This document shows positions 40,599 to 52,349 of a stretch of 64,000 bases of DNA, one piece after another. Where the stretch lies: positions 14,229,037-14,293,036 of the forward strand of contig OZ316891.1 of assembly GCA_973895155.1 (NCBI GenBank), given 5' to 3'. The notes under the pieces were generated by a model, which did not search any database, was not told the DNA's origin, and was given only the letters and a program-made list of their open reading frames with translations. Every line of letters starts with the position of its first letter. Position 1 is the first letter of the stretch. The position numbers were made by a program, and so were the translations under genes. The stretch is from Marsupella aquatica (taxonomy: Eukaryota > Plantae > Marchantiophyta).

Positions 40599-41506
40599 TT
40601 ACTTATTGGACTTATCCCGGGCTTCTATAGCATGGTCTTTTTTGGCAGATAAGTATTTCATAAATTTGTCAAACTTTTCTAAATGGTCTTTATTCCCCTG
40701 ATTACGAATGATCACGTTTCTCCTCCAAAGATTCGTCTTATCAATATAATCTTTCTCAAGATTTTCTTGAGAGAACGTTGGAATCCCATATCCACTAAGG
40801 AGCTCGCGGAATGTCAACTTGTCAATTGACATGTCGCATAGATATGGATATAGTTTCTTTCTAAAAAATAGGTCATCATCGAGCCCAAAATATGCATCGG
40901 GATACAGCGATGAATAAAAGTCATTAAGGCTCGTCTTATATGCAGCGTCATCGATAAGAATGACATTCTCGATGTTGTAATCTTTAATATCGGCGGCAAT
41001 GTCCGAGAGACATTTGACAAATATAGGGATGTCATTATTATTCTTCCCAATAAATCGAGTTGATTCTTGTCCCCATATAAATTTAATATGTTTCAAAACT
41101 TTGGGTCGAAGTATCAGCCTTACACAAGATAGAATATTCCGTTTGAACATGCACGACCAGATCGCAATGTCGTATAGATCTGCCACCTTCTCAAGAAATT
41201 CCATTAAATCAGGCCTTGGATAGATAACCTTGTGCATCTGTCTCACACCCCTTGACCGAATGGGCATCCCAGGGCTGATCTTATCTGACCAGATAAGTAC
41301 CCGATTCAGATCGAAAATTACAAGTCTCTTCTGAACCGGTGACTTCTTTGCCGATGGAATAGGCGCCATCTGTACCTGTGATTTTTGTGCCATAGGGTTT
41401 GGAGAACGTACTAGAACGGTCTGTTTGTTTCCCGCCTCCGGACGATCACCGGACTTCCGGACTGGTGCCTTCGATACTCGATCAGGGGGTTTCGGGATAG
41501 GCTTCT
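40599..41506 (-). CDS. FCP1/SCP-like (NIF) HAD phosphatase domain 1
   Basis: KRLVIFDLNRVL..IYPRPDLMEFLEKV..YDIAIWSC..FIWGQE..FVKCL..NVILIDDAAYKTSLN. Confidence 0.85.
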
Positions 41507-41633
41507 GTAAAACATTAAGAAATGAAAATAAGTTTATAACGCGAACGGTCGTGTGACTACAAAGAGAGACACTGAAATGAAGTGTATTACCTGTACAAGA
41601 CGGTCGTTCAGTGCTGGAATTCCGCCGGAAATG

Positions 41634-42380
41634 TCAATCATAGCAGATCCCGGTAACTAGGTTACTTGCGGACGTCGGCTTGCGGAAGTCCATGTCAAAT
41701 AACAACAAGACTATCTCCCTACGGAATTTCTTAATTTGATCTACGGCAAAATTAATTCCGTTTCCTTGACACAAGCACTTGGCGTATCTCAAGATAAACA
41801 CACCACAACTGTGGCCGTCACTCTGGTGAGGAATATCATTCCGATATATCCATTCCCAACCTGAGAGATCCAAGTTGACACCAGTTCTCCAGCCAATTTC
41901 GTCGGCGTAGTACTTCCCAACAATATCTAGCACCCCAGGATTTTGTCGATTATGAACTAGAGAATCTAGGTACTCCAGCCGTTTCTCCTTCGGATACAAG
42001 ACTACCAATGACCAATGTTCTTTCACAGCATTGTGTACTGGAAAGACCAGTTTCTCGTATTCACTGATTTTTAGCGGAAACTCCTTTGTCCAAGCTGCTC
42101 TCTCCTTGTCAAAAATGGTAGGATCCATGGAGAGAAGCTCAAAATGGTGTGTTTGGAAGAATTTGACAAGGTCTGACTTTCCAACTCTATCGAGAATCAG
42201 TTCGAGAAAACTCAAATAAGCGTTAATTATATCATCGGTGAGCAACTCGCGCGGTCTCAGACACATCATATGTTTCCTCTTGATCGAGTGTTGTAAGAAC
42301 TTGGTCAATAGCTCTTCCATATCCTTAGAAGGATCAAGGCATTGATCTATTCGACTAGCCAAATTTTCAAAAAACTGCAA
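41634..42380 (-). CDS. Ulp1/SENP-family (peptidase C48) SUMO-protease domain
   Basis: CLRPRELLTDDIINAYL; FPVHNAVKEHWSLVVL; LEYLDSL; IPHQSDGHSCGVFIL. The His-Asp-Cys triad and oxyanion Gln are present. Confidence 0.93.
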   Translation of the reverse strand: MQFFENLASRIDQCLDPSKDMEELLTKFLQHSIKRKHMMCLRPRELLTDDIINAYLSFLELILDRVGKSDLVKFFQTHHFELLSMDPTIFDKERAAWTKEFPLKISEYEKLVFPVHNAVKEHWSLVVLYPKEKRLEYLDSLVHNRQNPGVLDIVGKYYADEIGWRTGVNLDLSGWEWIYRNDIPHQSDGHSCGVFILRYAKCLCQGNGINFAVDQIKKFRREIVLLLFDMDFRKPTSASNLVTGICYD

Positions 42381-42508
42381 AAAATAGAGATTTCAGTAAG
42401 CCTTCAAATAACGTATTGAGGTTGTAGCCTAAGGGTTGTAGCCTCAGAAAATAGAAACAATAACAGATCAATAATAAAATAATGACGTCTATAATAGAAA
42501 CTTTAAGC

Positions 42509-44262
42509 TTATAGCTTGCGAATGACCTTTGGATTGGGTGGATCCGGCCATTTTGCAGCTGATCTCTTGGGTGCCTCAATCGCAACAACATCCTTCAGCC
42601 CTCCTCGAGACCGCAGTGATCGCTCCACCGGACCAGTTTGCGAAGGTTGGAGCGATGAGACGGGAAGACCTTCAAATGGTTGTGGCATTTGATTCAAATA
42701 TTCCACAATCTGGGAATCCGATTCCAAAATATCCGGTGCCACAATTTCTGCGCGAGTCACCTCTGCAATATATCGGGGTCGAGACCATGAACCCGGTCGC
42801 GTCAAGTCAGCTGTTAGTCTCTTAACGACTTGAGCCGAGTCTGGTGCCAAAAACGTTCCCAGGTCTTGCACTCGATTCACGGAAAAGCGGACATTATTGA
42901 TGATTGTCTCCATTCTGGATGCAGTGGCAGTCTTCTCCTCGGTAATCAAAAGACCCTTCCAATATTGCAAAGCAAGGACTGCCTGGACTCGGAGCTACTC
43001 CGGTGAATATTTATTCCAATCATCCAATGAGACCGTACTTAAGGGTGGATCGTTAAATTCAAACTCCGGGCGAAGAAAATAGTCTAATATTTTCTTCTTA
43101 ACTGCAACTGAGGGTGAAGAAGGCTTCTTCAAATTCAGCCTTATTTTCGGTAGACGTTGTGCCTCAGGAATAAGCGAAAGATCCTTGGCCCTCTCGGCCT
43201 CCTTCCTCGCTGCCTCCAGTCTTGCGGCTTCTTCTCTCTCCAGTCTTGCGGAATCCACCTTTTCCGCCTCCAACTTCTCCGCCTCCACCCTCTCCGGTCT
43301 TGCGGTCTCGTCCGCCATCCTCTCGGCCAGCAGCCTCTCAGCCGCCTCACTCTCCGCCTTGGCCCTATTTTCCTCTGTCACTAAAAGGACTCTCGCAGCC
43401 TCCGCTTTCTCCGCCTGGGCTTTCTCAGCCTGGGCTTTCTCCGCCTGGGCTTTCTGAGCCTGGGCTTTATGAGCCTGGGCTTTCTGAGCCTGGGCTTTCT
43501 GAGCCTAGGCTTTCTCGGCATCCGCTTTCTCCGCCTGGGCTTTCTCCGCCTGGGCTTTCTCCGCCTGGGCTTTTTGAGCCTGGGCTTTCTCAGCCTGGGC
43601 TTTCTCAGCCTCTGCTTTCTCCGCCTCGGCTTTCTCAGCCTCGACTTTCTCCTTCTTCTTCGCGACAGTTGCTTTTCTAGCTGCTGCCTTTTCTTCTTAA
43701 CCTCCTTCTTTTGAAGCTGCTCTTGTCGGGCCGCCTCTTGTCGGGATGCCTCCTCCTGCCGGGCCACCTCCTTCTTTTGAAGCTCCTCTTGCCGGGCTGC
43801 CTCCTGCCGGGCCGCTTCCTTCTTTTGAAGCTTCTCTTGCCGGGCCGCCTCCTGCCGGGCCTCCGCCAGCCTGGCCTCCTCCAGCCTGGCCTCCTCGTGC
43901 CGGGCCGCATCGTGCCGGGCCTCCTCCTACCGGGCCTCCTCCTGCCGGGCCGCCTCCTCTTGGTCCACCTCATGTCGAGGCTCCTGTGTGGCCTCTTCAT
44001 CAGAGTACTCAGCGTCCTCGGAACCCTCCATCTCCTCGTCCTCTTCATCAGCGTCCTCAGCGTCCTTCATCTCCTCTTCGTCACTCTCTTCATCTCCTCT
44101 ATTGTCGGAATCTCCGACGTCGTTCTGCGTATCGGTCATCCACTCTGGATCTTGGTCATTGACATCCCCATCCGCGTCACCTTCCGCGTCACCTTCCCCC
44201 TCACCATCCGCATCACCATTGCTCCCTGCATCCTCAACATTGAAGCCACAGTCGACTTGATC
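42509..44262 (-). pseudogene. Acidic and A/E/K/Q/R-rich coiled-coil linker exon of the E2 giant gene (15-bp repeats EAARQ and AEKAQ)
   Basis: D/E tract at 43990-44250, tandem EAARQ and AEKAQ units, in-frame TAG stops and a frameshift near 43690. Confidence 0.7.
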
Positions 44263-44378
44263 TGAATAAAATCAGATCATTTGATAAGAATGACTCACGC
44301 GTGAAAAGAAATGTTATGAATGTCCACGCGCATGTTCGCGTGACGCAATAAAAAGTAAGAGGTTTCAAAAGTAACTTA

Positions 44379-47300
44379 CCTTGGATTGGCCCACTAGGGT
44401 ACTCCGTTGGTCGAATGTATAATCGATCGGAATCTTCAGAGAGTGCATACTCTTGCAATAATTGATTACAAATATTATCAGGGATATGTTGTTCGTGGAG
44501 GACATCCAAAACATCAGCCCTGAGAGCAGTTACGGATGGACGGTACTTCATTAATTTATCTATACATTTTTCTATACTAGCCCGTACTGGGTCAATCAAT
44601 GACAGCGTTGTATCAATTATCGCCGTGGTGTGTTGCAAGAAACAAGACAACTCCCTATGCGTTGCCACAGGGCAGTAATATTTTACATTGGATCCAGCAT
44701 CCTGTAAAAAAAAGCCAAAATTAGTTCACAATATTAATTGAGAATATAATAATCTAAATAATCTTACAATCGAAACCCCAAAATATAAATAAAAAAACTT
44801 ACCATTAAGCACTAGATCAAGTTCGTTCCCTCACCGAAGCATATAGCCCATTCCCCACATTGGACGAATTGACTAATAATACTTTCAAAGAATGGAAGTA
44901 TCTTTTCTGGGGAAGGTGTCGTGAACTCGCCGCTCTCTTCAAAATTGGCTATCTTCTCAATCTGATATTTGGAGACCAATTGGAACTCGAGGGCTTGTGG
45001 ATCGCCCATTGTGCTGAAGGCCAAGCTGTGAAAAGCGTAGGTTACAATAAGCTTCTTCTCCTTCGGCCTCTTCTGAATATAATGGCTATCGACAGCAACG
45101 TAGTGTGTGTACTTCCCTAATTCCCGTTTGATTAAGTAAGACTCAACGGGAGAGGCTACAATAATAACCACATGGTGTGGTTTTGCCCCTATCTCGCTAG
45201 TAGCACGAAATAACCCCTCATAGAATGAGCAATTTGGCGGACGCAAATCTCCCATTGATGAGGGATCAAAATAAATCAAGCTCGCAAGGTTCTTGTCTTC
45301 ACGTATGATACAGTCTGCAAACCCAGCATTTTGTATATCCTGCAGGGATCGCAATTTCAGCCTCTCACCGACCGGCCGCACTAGTTGGTTTCCTTGACTA
45401 TCAACTGATTTCTGTATTTCTTCCACCAACCTGTAGAATATAGGGTCAATCTCCTTCAACAAATTATCATTACTAATATTTACATTTAAGCACTTCTTCA
45501 GATAACCACTCAACGCATCTCTCAACTGCTTCAGCACCATCTTGTCGAGCTTAAAGCGATCAATCATTCCTTTGACCCGCAATTTCCGTGCTGAATCTGT
45601 CAGACTTTTCAGCTCCATCCGGGTGGATGTTTCCCCGTTGAGTTTACTCAATAATAAAATCTCAAACTCAACTTTCGTCTTCTTCTTTATACAGAATTGC
45701 TCCAAACTCATGCTGGTCGTTGACAACACTGGAGCCTCAGAGGACTTCCTCGCCTTACCAGATTTTACTTTGATGCTTCGGTTTTTGAGTATAGACAGTC
45801 TTTCGCTCAACATATATTCCGCTGCCTTTCGAAGAACCGAGTCTGAGCACCCTTGACAAGAACGGAACGTCTTCTTCAGAAGATGATAAGCACAAGGATT
45901 ATCCGCAATTTTGACGGCATCCCTCTGTAAAATTCCGTTGTAAATTACAAGCTCTCCTATCCTTGATAGTTCGTAGACCTCCATCCACTTCTTGAATGTT
46001 TCGTCCTCCATTGTAAAGAGAAACGGAGCCAATTCTCCAAATTTCATCATTTCGTTCTTCCCCATTTGAGCCCATGGGCAGACAAAACTCGTAGCTCTCA
46101 TAAATACCTGAAAAACAATGGAAACATGACAATTCTAAGCTTGACGCGACCGTTTGCGTGACAAAAGTTTATACGATAATGTGATCGAAGAGGGTTATTT
46201 ATATACCTTCCAATTTGGATGACGATAATGTGATCCAGGCCGCCCAAATGAGTTCCAGATATTACGACACTGTCGTACAATGGTCAAAAATTGTCCTTCT
46301 TCCATTGATGTTTGATGACAGTGGTTCAGAGCTTTCGATAATCCCATCAAATGAACATTATTGTCGTTGTTGAGCGTTGCCCAAAACATTACAGCTTCTA
46401 CAGTACCGCAAGCATCTCGTACAACTTGGCTAACTTTGTCGTCCTCTCTCAGCAATTTGTACGCCATTATTGTGTGCTGGCCTCCGAGTATCCAGAAATG
46501 ACTGGTCAAATGTCCTCCTCCTTTGGCGATGAATCGTAGGGCGTCCCATTGTAGTCGGGATCTCTGTCGGCCTCCGACTGAACCCACTTCACAGGGACTA
46601 AAAAGCAGCATCGCTTCTCGAACTTTATAGTCGAATGAGAGAGGAGTGAATTCTTTAGCCTATGTGTAATCCTGATTCCACTCTCGGCACTTGATGTGGT
46701 CCGGTGCAAGATGACAACGTGATGTCTCAACAAAAAATGACTTGCTATTAAATATATTCACAGCACTATATTCTTTGAGGAAAGAATCGAACAGAGCCCC
46801 GACATTCGCTGAGGTAATTACTTTTGGAAGATTCTTCGCAGAGTATACTTCAACCTTGCTCACTGGCGGGGCCTTTCCCAAGCAAAATCCCTGGTTGAAA
46901 GGAACTCTCTGGAACTCAAGTACGTCAATAATGTATTGACAAATCAAATCTCCCGTTGATGCCTCTGGATCGGAAGGATATCCCACACTAGTAACCTTTT
47001 CCAAGGCGTGCCTTGCACCTAGAAGATCATCGATTCTGGGCTGATTGAAGGTTACATATTGCGTTCGATCCAAACAAATGCTTATTTTGTCTTCCTGCTG
47101 GTCGTCGCTAACTAGCAGAACCAATCCCTTTGTACACTCTTTAACTTTCATGTTCTTCTCAAAGAAACACTCGAGAATTTTTGATCTCTCCAAAACTGTA
47201 GCTTTATCATTTCTTGCCACCACAAGACGGACAGCCCCATTGCGAACGACTATTCCAAAATCGGATATCTCAGTCGATTCAAAGAGATGGATACTCTTTG

Positions 47301-47442
47301 TCTCCATTGTTCTCTCTCTGATTGACTTTCCTTGATATGCAAGTATGGATGTCTCCGCGGGAGTCATTTTTGTCTTGGTTTTCTTTCGAGAAGCAGCTTT
47401 AGACGAGTCTCTTTTCCGCTTTGAGGTTCCGGTAGGATCCAT
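44379..47442 (-). pseudogene. E2 ParB-like plus degenerate DNA methyltransferase-like region, multi-exon
   Basis: CREWNQDY..RLKNSLL..CFLVPVK..HFWILGGQHTIMA (ParB/DGQHR-like); ASLIYFDP (motif IV-like); EKILPFFESIISQFVQCGEWAICFGEGT (resembles EKP..L...I.....GD.VLDPF.GSG). Candidate GT-AG introns ~46200-46110 and ~44802-44703. Confidence 0.6.
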
Positions 47443-47517
47443 TCTGAAATAGACAAATATTGAAAGTTAAACGTTTATTATAAAATACTAACACGCGCAT
47501 GGTCACGTTGTGCCGAA

Positions 47518-48048
47518 TTACATTTTAGGAATGTTTATCCTGACCCAATCTTCTCGCTCATCTTCATCTAACCAAAACCAAAGGTTCCTAAACGTGTCAA
47601 GTTCAGATCCTTCAAATCCACCCAGAATGTCTAGCGGCGGGAGAGTTCTGATGGATTCTGTAAATCTGAATGCTACACTCCATGAAGTCAAATGCCTTTG
47701 AAGCGATTCATATCCTGGTCTATCAGTGAAGTCGTAAGCTACCAAGGTGACCGTCGCCCAAGTACTACTATAAGTAACTATGTGGCACCACTTCTTACTG
47801 ACTATTCGAATGGCGATCAAGTCCATGACCCGATTTTTAATCGCAGTATCCGACAAATTCCCAAGACAGTGGAAAAACTCTTTGACTAATGGCCAAATAT
47901 ATTTCTCGACAATATCGTCCGAAAGACCGGGTATCAGGTCTTCAGCTTGACTCCATATCATGTTTCGGTTCAGAACCTTTGCACGTGCAATGCGCTCCAT
48001 CATCATTTGACGATGAGATTTTCGATTCATGTCAAAGGACTGCAGCAT
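47518..48048 (-). CDS. F-box-like protein or exon, copy 1
   Basis: LIPGLSDDIVEKYIWPLV..LIAIRIVSKKWCHIVT..W. Confidence 0.65.
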   Translation of the reverse strand: MLQSFDMNRKSHRQMMMERIARAKVLNRNMIWSQAEDLIPGLSDDIVEKYIWPLVKEFFHCLGNLSDTAIKNRVMDLIAIRIVSKKWCHIVTYSSTWATVTLVAYDFTDRPGYESLQRHLTSWSVAFRFTESIRTLPPLDILGGFEGSELDTFRNLWFWLDEDEREDWVRINIPKM

Positions 48049-48125
48049 AATATGGAAAAGATTAAGAACAAGAACCTATCCATTAAGAACTGGGACCACC
48101 GAGATTCTGAGAAAATCTACCAAAC

Positions 48126-48649
48126 CTTTTGATTAGGACATCTCGTTCTTCCTCATCTAAATTGTTATATTTGTTCGTAAACAATGCGATTTTGTCAGAA
48201 GTAGTAGTCCCAAGAACAGATATTTCTGGAAGCATAGAAATATCCTGTCGAATAACTCAATAGACTGAGTCAAACTCCAACTCGTCAGTTTCGGGTATGT
48301 TGTAAAGAGCATCATTTGCGACATCGACAATCCGGTTTGCTTGTTTGAGGATAGCCCATAACCTTGTATTTGTAACTAAAAATTTCCACTTCTTGCTACA
48401 AGCTCCAAACTGAATAAGGTCTCGGACCCTATCGATAACCAAATCGTTATCGAGGTGTCGATATCCACGCAATCTTTCAATTGAAATAAAGTGTTTGTAG
48501 AGTATTGGCCAAATGTTTGAAATGACCAAAACATCTGGTATTCCTCCAATGAGACTAGAGGAGGTTTCATCCAGCGTATCCCATATTGTTTTCTGTTTCT
48601 TTTCATGAGATGAAAGGAAATCTCGAGCCTCATTCAAAAGTTGGCTCAT
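48126..48649 (-). pseudogene. F-box-like paralogue, copy 2 (internal TGA at 48257)
   Basis: LIGGIPDVLVISNIWPIL..FGACSKKWKFLVT..W. Read-through gives ISMLPEISVLG..LDEEERD, which matches the copy 1 tail IRTLPPLDILG..LDEDERED. Confidence 0.62.
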
Positions 48650-48714
48650 CCTGCTTTTATCATATCACAAAACATTGTTAGAAGACATACGACGCGCTTG
48701 GTCACATAAGTTAA

Positions 48715-49278
48715 CTAGAATTCCTTAAAAGTGTAGATGTCACCCTCAAGGTATCCAACTTCGTGGCATCTGACTGTAAATTTCCATTTTTCAAGAGGGT
48801 GAAGAGCATCGTAAGTCTTCGCGAAGAGTTCCCTAAGATCTCTGGACATTGACCCCATGAATTTAATTCTTGGGTATTTCTGGAAGAAACTTTGAATTGT
48901 CGATGAGAGAGACTCATTTCCGATCGGTTTAGTAGGATTTCCAGGGAAAGCCAAATCTAATAAACTCAACTTGATTACACCCAGAAGATAGGTATTCCCA
49001 ACAAGGTGGCGCCATCTGCAACACACCGAAGATAGTCCTACAAACTCATCCAATTCCTTTATTGAGAAATTTCCTGCATTAGCCGAGGAATTAAAAGTCT
49101 CCTTGATCCGAGGCCATATCAATTCCACGACAATGAAATCTGGAAGTCCAGGTAGTAGTGTTTCAACAAATACAAAATATCCCGCCAGCAGACCATCTTG
49201 GCTTCTGTCCAAAACGTCAAATATTGGGCATAGATATCTGAAGCTCTCCAGACCAGGTTCACCCATGACTCTTTTCAA
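48715..49278 (-). CDS. F-box-like paralogue, copy 3
   Basis: LLPGLPDFIVVELIWPRI..LSSVCCRWRHLVG. Confidence 0.65.
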   Translation of the reverse strand: MKRVMGEPGLESFRYLCPIFDVLDRSQDGLLAGYFVFVETLLPGLPDFIVVELIWPRIKETFNSSANAGNFSIKELDEFVGLSSVCCRWRHLVGNTYLLGVIKLSLLDLAFPGNPTKPIGNESLSSTIQSFFQKYPRIKFMGSMSRDLRELFAKTYDALHPLEKWKFTVRCHEVGYLEGDIYTFKEF

Positions 49279-49299
49279 CCAAATGATATATCCCAGAGA

Positions 49300-49805
49300 T
49301 TATTTTCACGCGACTGGTCGCGTCTACAAATCAGAATGCATAAACAATTCTTTGAGAGACTGATTTTTTCGGGTCACAACGTGAAATCATAAATGTTGCT
49401 TCGTCCTCTAACAGAACCAGTCAATGAGAGAGCAACCTCAGACGTGACTGGTCGCGTCAACTGAACCTAAACAACTATATCCACTGAACCTTCTGTGGAG
49501 ATTTGGATATGATACGCGCTCAGTAAATCTATCCAGTTTTCTTCTCACACGCGACTGGTCGCGTCAACTGGTCCTAAAAAGAACCTTACCTCCTCTAACA
49601 GAACCAGTCAATGAGAGAGCAACCTCAAACGCGACTGGTCGCGTCAACTGAACCTAAACAACTATATCCATTGAACCTTCTGTGGAGATTTGGATATGGT
49701 ACGCGCTCAGTAAATCTATCCAGTTTCCTTCTCACACGCGACTGGTCACGTCAACTGGTCCTAAAAGGAACCTCACAGTATTTTCACGCGACTGGTCGCA
49801 TCAAC
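49300..49805. repeat. ~187-bp tandem duplication region carrying six ACGCGACTGGTCGCGT palindromes
   Basis: cctctaacagaacc at 49405 and 49592; palindromes at 49308, 49442, 49549, 49629, 49736 and 49786. Confidence 0.88.
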
Positions 49806-52349
49806 AGCTCAAACAACTTTTGGACAATTGGATAATACAGTGATACAACTGTGATTACTGACCCGTACGGACAAGGAAATCCGAGTAAGCATGATTTCAT
49901 TCATTTGTATTCATTCATTTGTATTCATTCATGAACTTTACAATAATTCAGATGTTTGAGCTCTGTCATTGTGAAACTATTATATATTAGAAGTTTAGAG
50001 AATGATCCAGCTAAGATGATTCAATTTAGCAGTCTACTGGTTGTATTCGTCAATTAAAGGATTCAGTGTAATGAGATTCACATAACATGAGAGTTTATAT
50101 GATTAAATTCACAGCGTGCAAGTTTGTAATGACTTACTTAAGACGATTCAGGTTGTATTTTAATTAGTGAGTTTGTATGATTCACACATATTTGAGTTTA
50201 CAAACAAACCGCATTATGAAAACTGTGCTTAACAATCAAGAGAAATTTTAGCAAACCACAATCAACACCAGGTGAAAATGTAGAAATTACACCTGAATTC
50301 TGAAAAATTGATGTAATCGTCTGAGAGATTGACGTCCAAGCACTTGAACACCTTGCTGCGGCATTCCAGAAAGTAAATATAAGATTGAAGATATTAATAT
50401 GCTAAGCAACAACAACACAGCTTCTATACTTCTATACATAGATCTTCGCTGCCACCAATTGAATAACATGTGCTTAATGCTAAGGAGCTCATTATGTCGA
50501 GTTAAAAAGACTCTTTGAGAAGTCTTTGAGTGGATAGGCAAATTGAGCATGAATAAAAGCGCACTAAACCTGAAGATTCAAAGAGGTGAAACAAACCTGA
50601 ATGCTGAATGGAAGGAGCTAAAACAAGCTGCCAAAAAGTAGTTTGAGCTGCTGAAACACGTTGATCGAGCTGATATGAGCTTAAAATTGGCTGACACGAG
50701 CTGATACAAGCACTCCTAAAAAGCTAGCTGCAACGAACTAGCAAACTAGAAGTGAATACGAGCTGTAAATGCGAGCTGCAATGCACCAACGAGCTCCTGG
50801 TCGAAACGATGGACAACTACTAAGAGCTGCAATGCGCCGACAAGCACCTGACCACAACGAACGAGCTGCAACGACAAAAATGAAATCCAGGGCAGGAGCG
50901 AGAGCGACGAGAGCAGGCGCGCAAAAGTCTAGGGAGCAAGAAACAACAACAATGAACAATGAACTCGAGACCGTGGGCGCCGACACTAAGGAAGGACTAA
51001 TTAGGGTATTGTTTTAGCATAACCCTAATAACAGCCTAGCGACAGGAAGGTTCCAGATGATCTCCGTACACTCCACCATCGACTGAACAAACTATGCAAT
51101 CGTGAAAAAAAGATTACCGGATTCCTTTTGATTTTTCGTACTAAAGGAGATTTCTATTTGATGGCCAATTTGAAATTTAAACCGGTAATTATGCAACTGC
51201 GAAAGATTGTTAGTGGGGACCCCCGGATCCGGATCCGGATCCGTATCTTCACTATATCTGCCAATTCAAATCCAAAATGTGAACGAACGACAACTTTCTC
51301 ACGATCGTTCCATCACGTAGTGGAGGCAAACTTCAAAATCATTCCATTTTGGTAGTGGAGACCGTCGGATCCGGATCCGTACTCCACTCTCTATCTTGCC
51401 AATTCAAACCCTTACTCTAAACAACGTAAAATGATTCTCACGGTCAGGGAGAACCGATATTCAAAATCAATCCTGTACAATGATTCTCACGACTGGAGAC
51501 TCAACCAATTTTCAAAATCAAAATCGAGTCCAGATGAACACATCCTCCATGGAGTCAATAGACTGATCTCATTGCTCACGGATCATTCTTCATTTTCAGT
51601 TTCTCCTGACTAGGATACTAGCTGGGCTCTCAGCGGAGGCTGATCCAAGGCACATTTGAGGTGGAGCAGATTGGATCATTCGACTATTCCAGTCGGAGGC
51701 GGAGCTCATTCAAGCAACGTTGGCGCAGTTCTTGTTGTATCACCTTCAATCTTGGGGAGAGCACATTCGATCAAGCGGGAGAGTTGCGACGAAGCGAGAC
51801 GACAAACATTTAGAACCTCCATAGTCTGCCTCATTCATCGAAGCATTCTAGCGGACCAACAAAGAGCGGCTATTCTGAAATCACAGTTTGGTCGAGGATT
51901 TTGATCTTGATACGATCAACAAGTTGTCATTCTCTGGTGGTGGGATTTGATCACGATACTCAAGGAAATTGGAGTTCGAAGGAGGAGGCTTAGTTGGCTG
52001 GGACGAGGAGGGTACGCTGGAAGGAAGAGGCTTGGCTGGGAGGAGGGTTTCCGCCAACATCGGAGGGTTGCCGCCAACATTGCTGAGACCACACGCAACT
52101 GAATAACTTGTAAGTATCAATCAGCATTAATTCCACAATAAATGAGGAGAGTAGTTGCCTTAAATCACGCATTCAATGCATGAATTGAGTCAATGAAGTT
52201 ATGATCCAATTTCTCACTCCGATTTTGATCAATCCGTGTTTCAAGTCCAATACAGAAGCAATGTATCAGAAGTACTAGTAGAGGATCCGAATGAATTCTC
52301 TAGTCTAAAATTGTATGGCGTACGCGTATAGTTGTTCGTACATTTTGCT

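Noticed and set aside
43141-44265. Arg/Pro/Leu-rich ORFs (RKPRLRKPR, PPPAGPPP, LGFLSLGF)
   Set aside because: Alternate-frame and antisense readings of the EAARQ/AEKAQ repeat exon.
31736-47442. Bacterial contamination, prophage or plasmid suggested by ParB and methylase motifs
   Set aside because: The genes have GT-AG introns, sit with Ulp1, F-box and FCP1-like domains, and are interrupted by a plant-type CACTA with a TSD.
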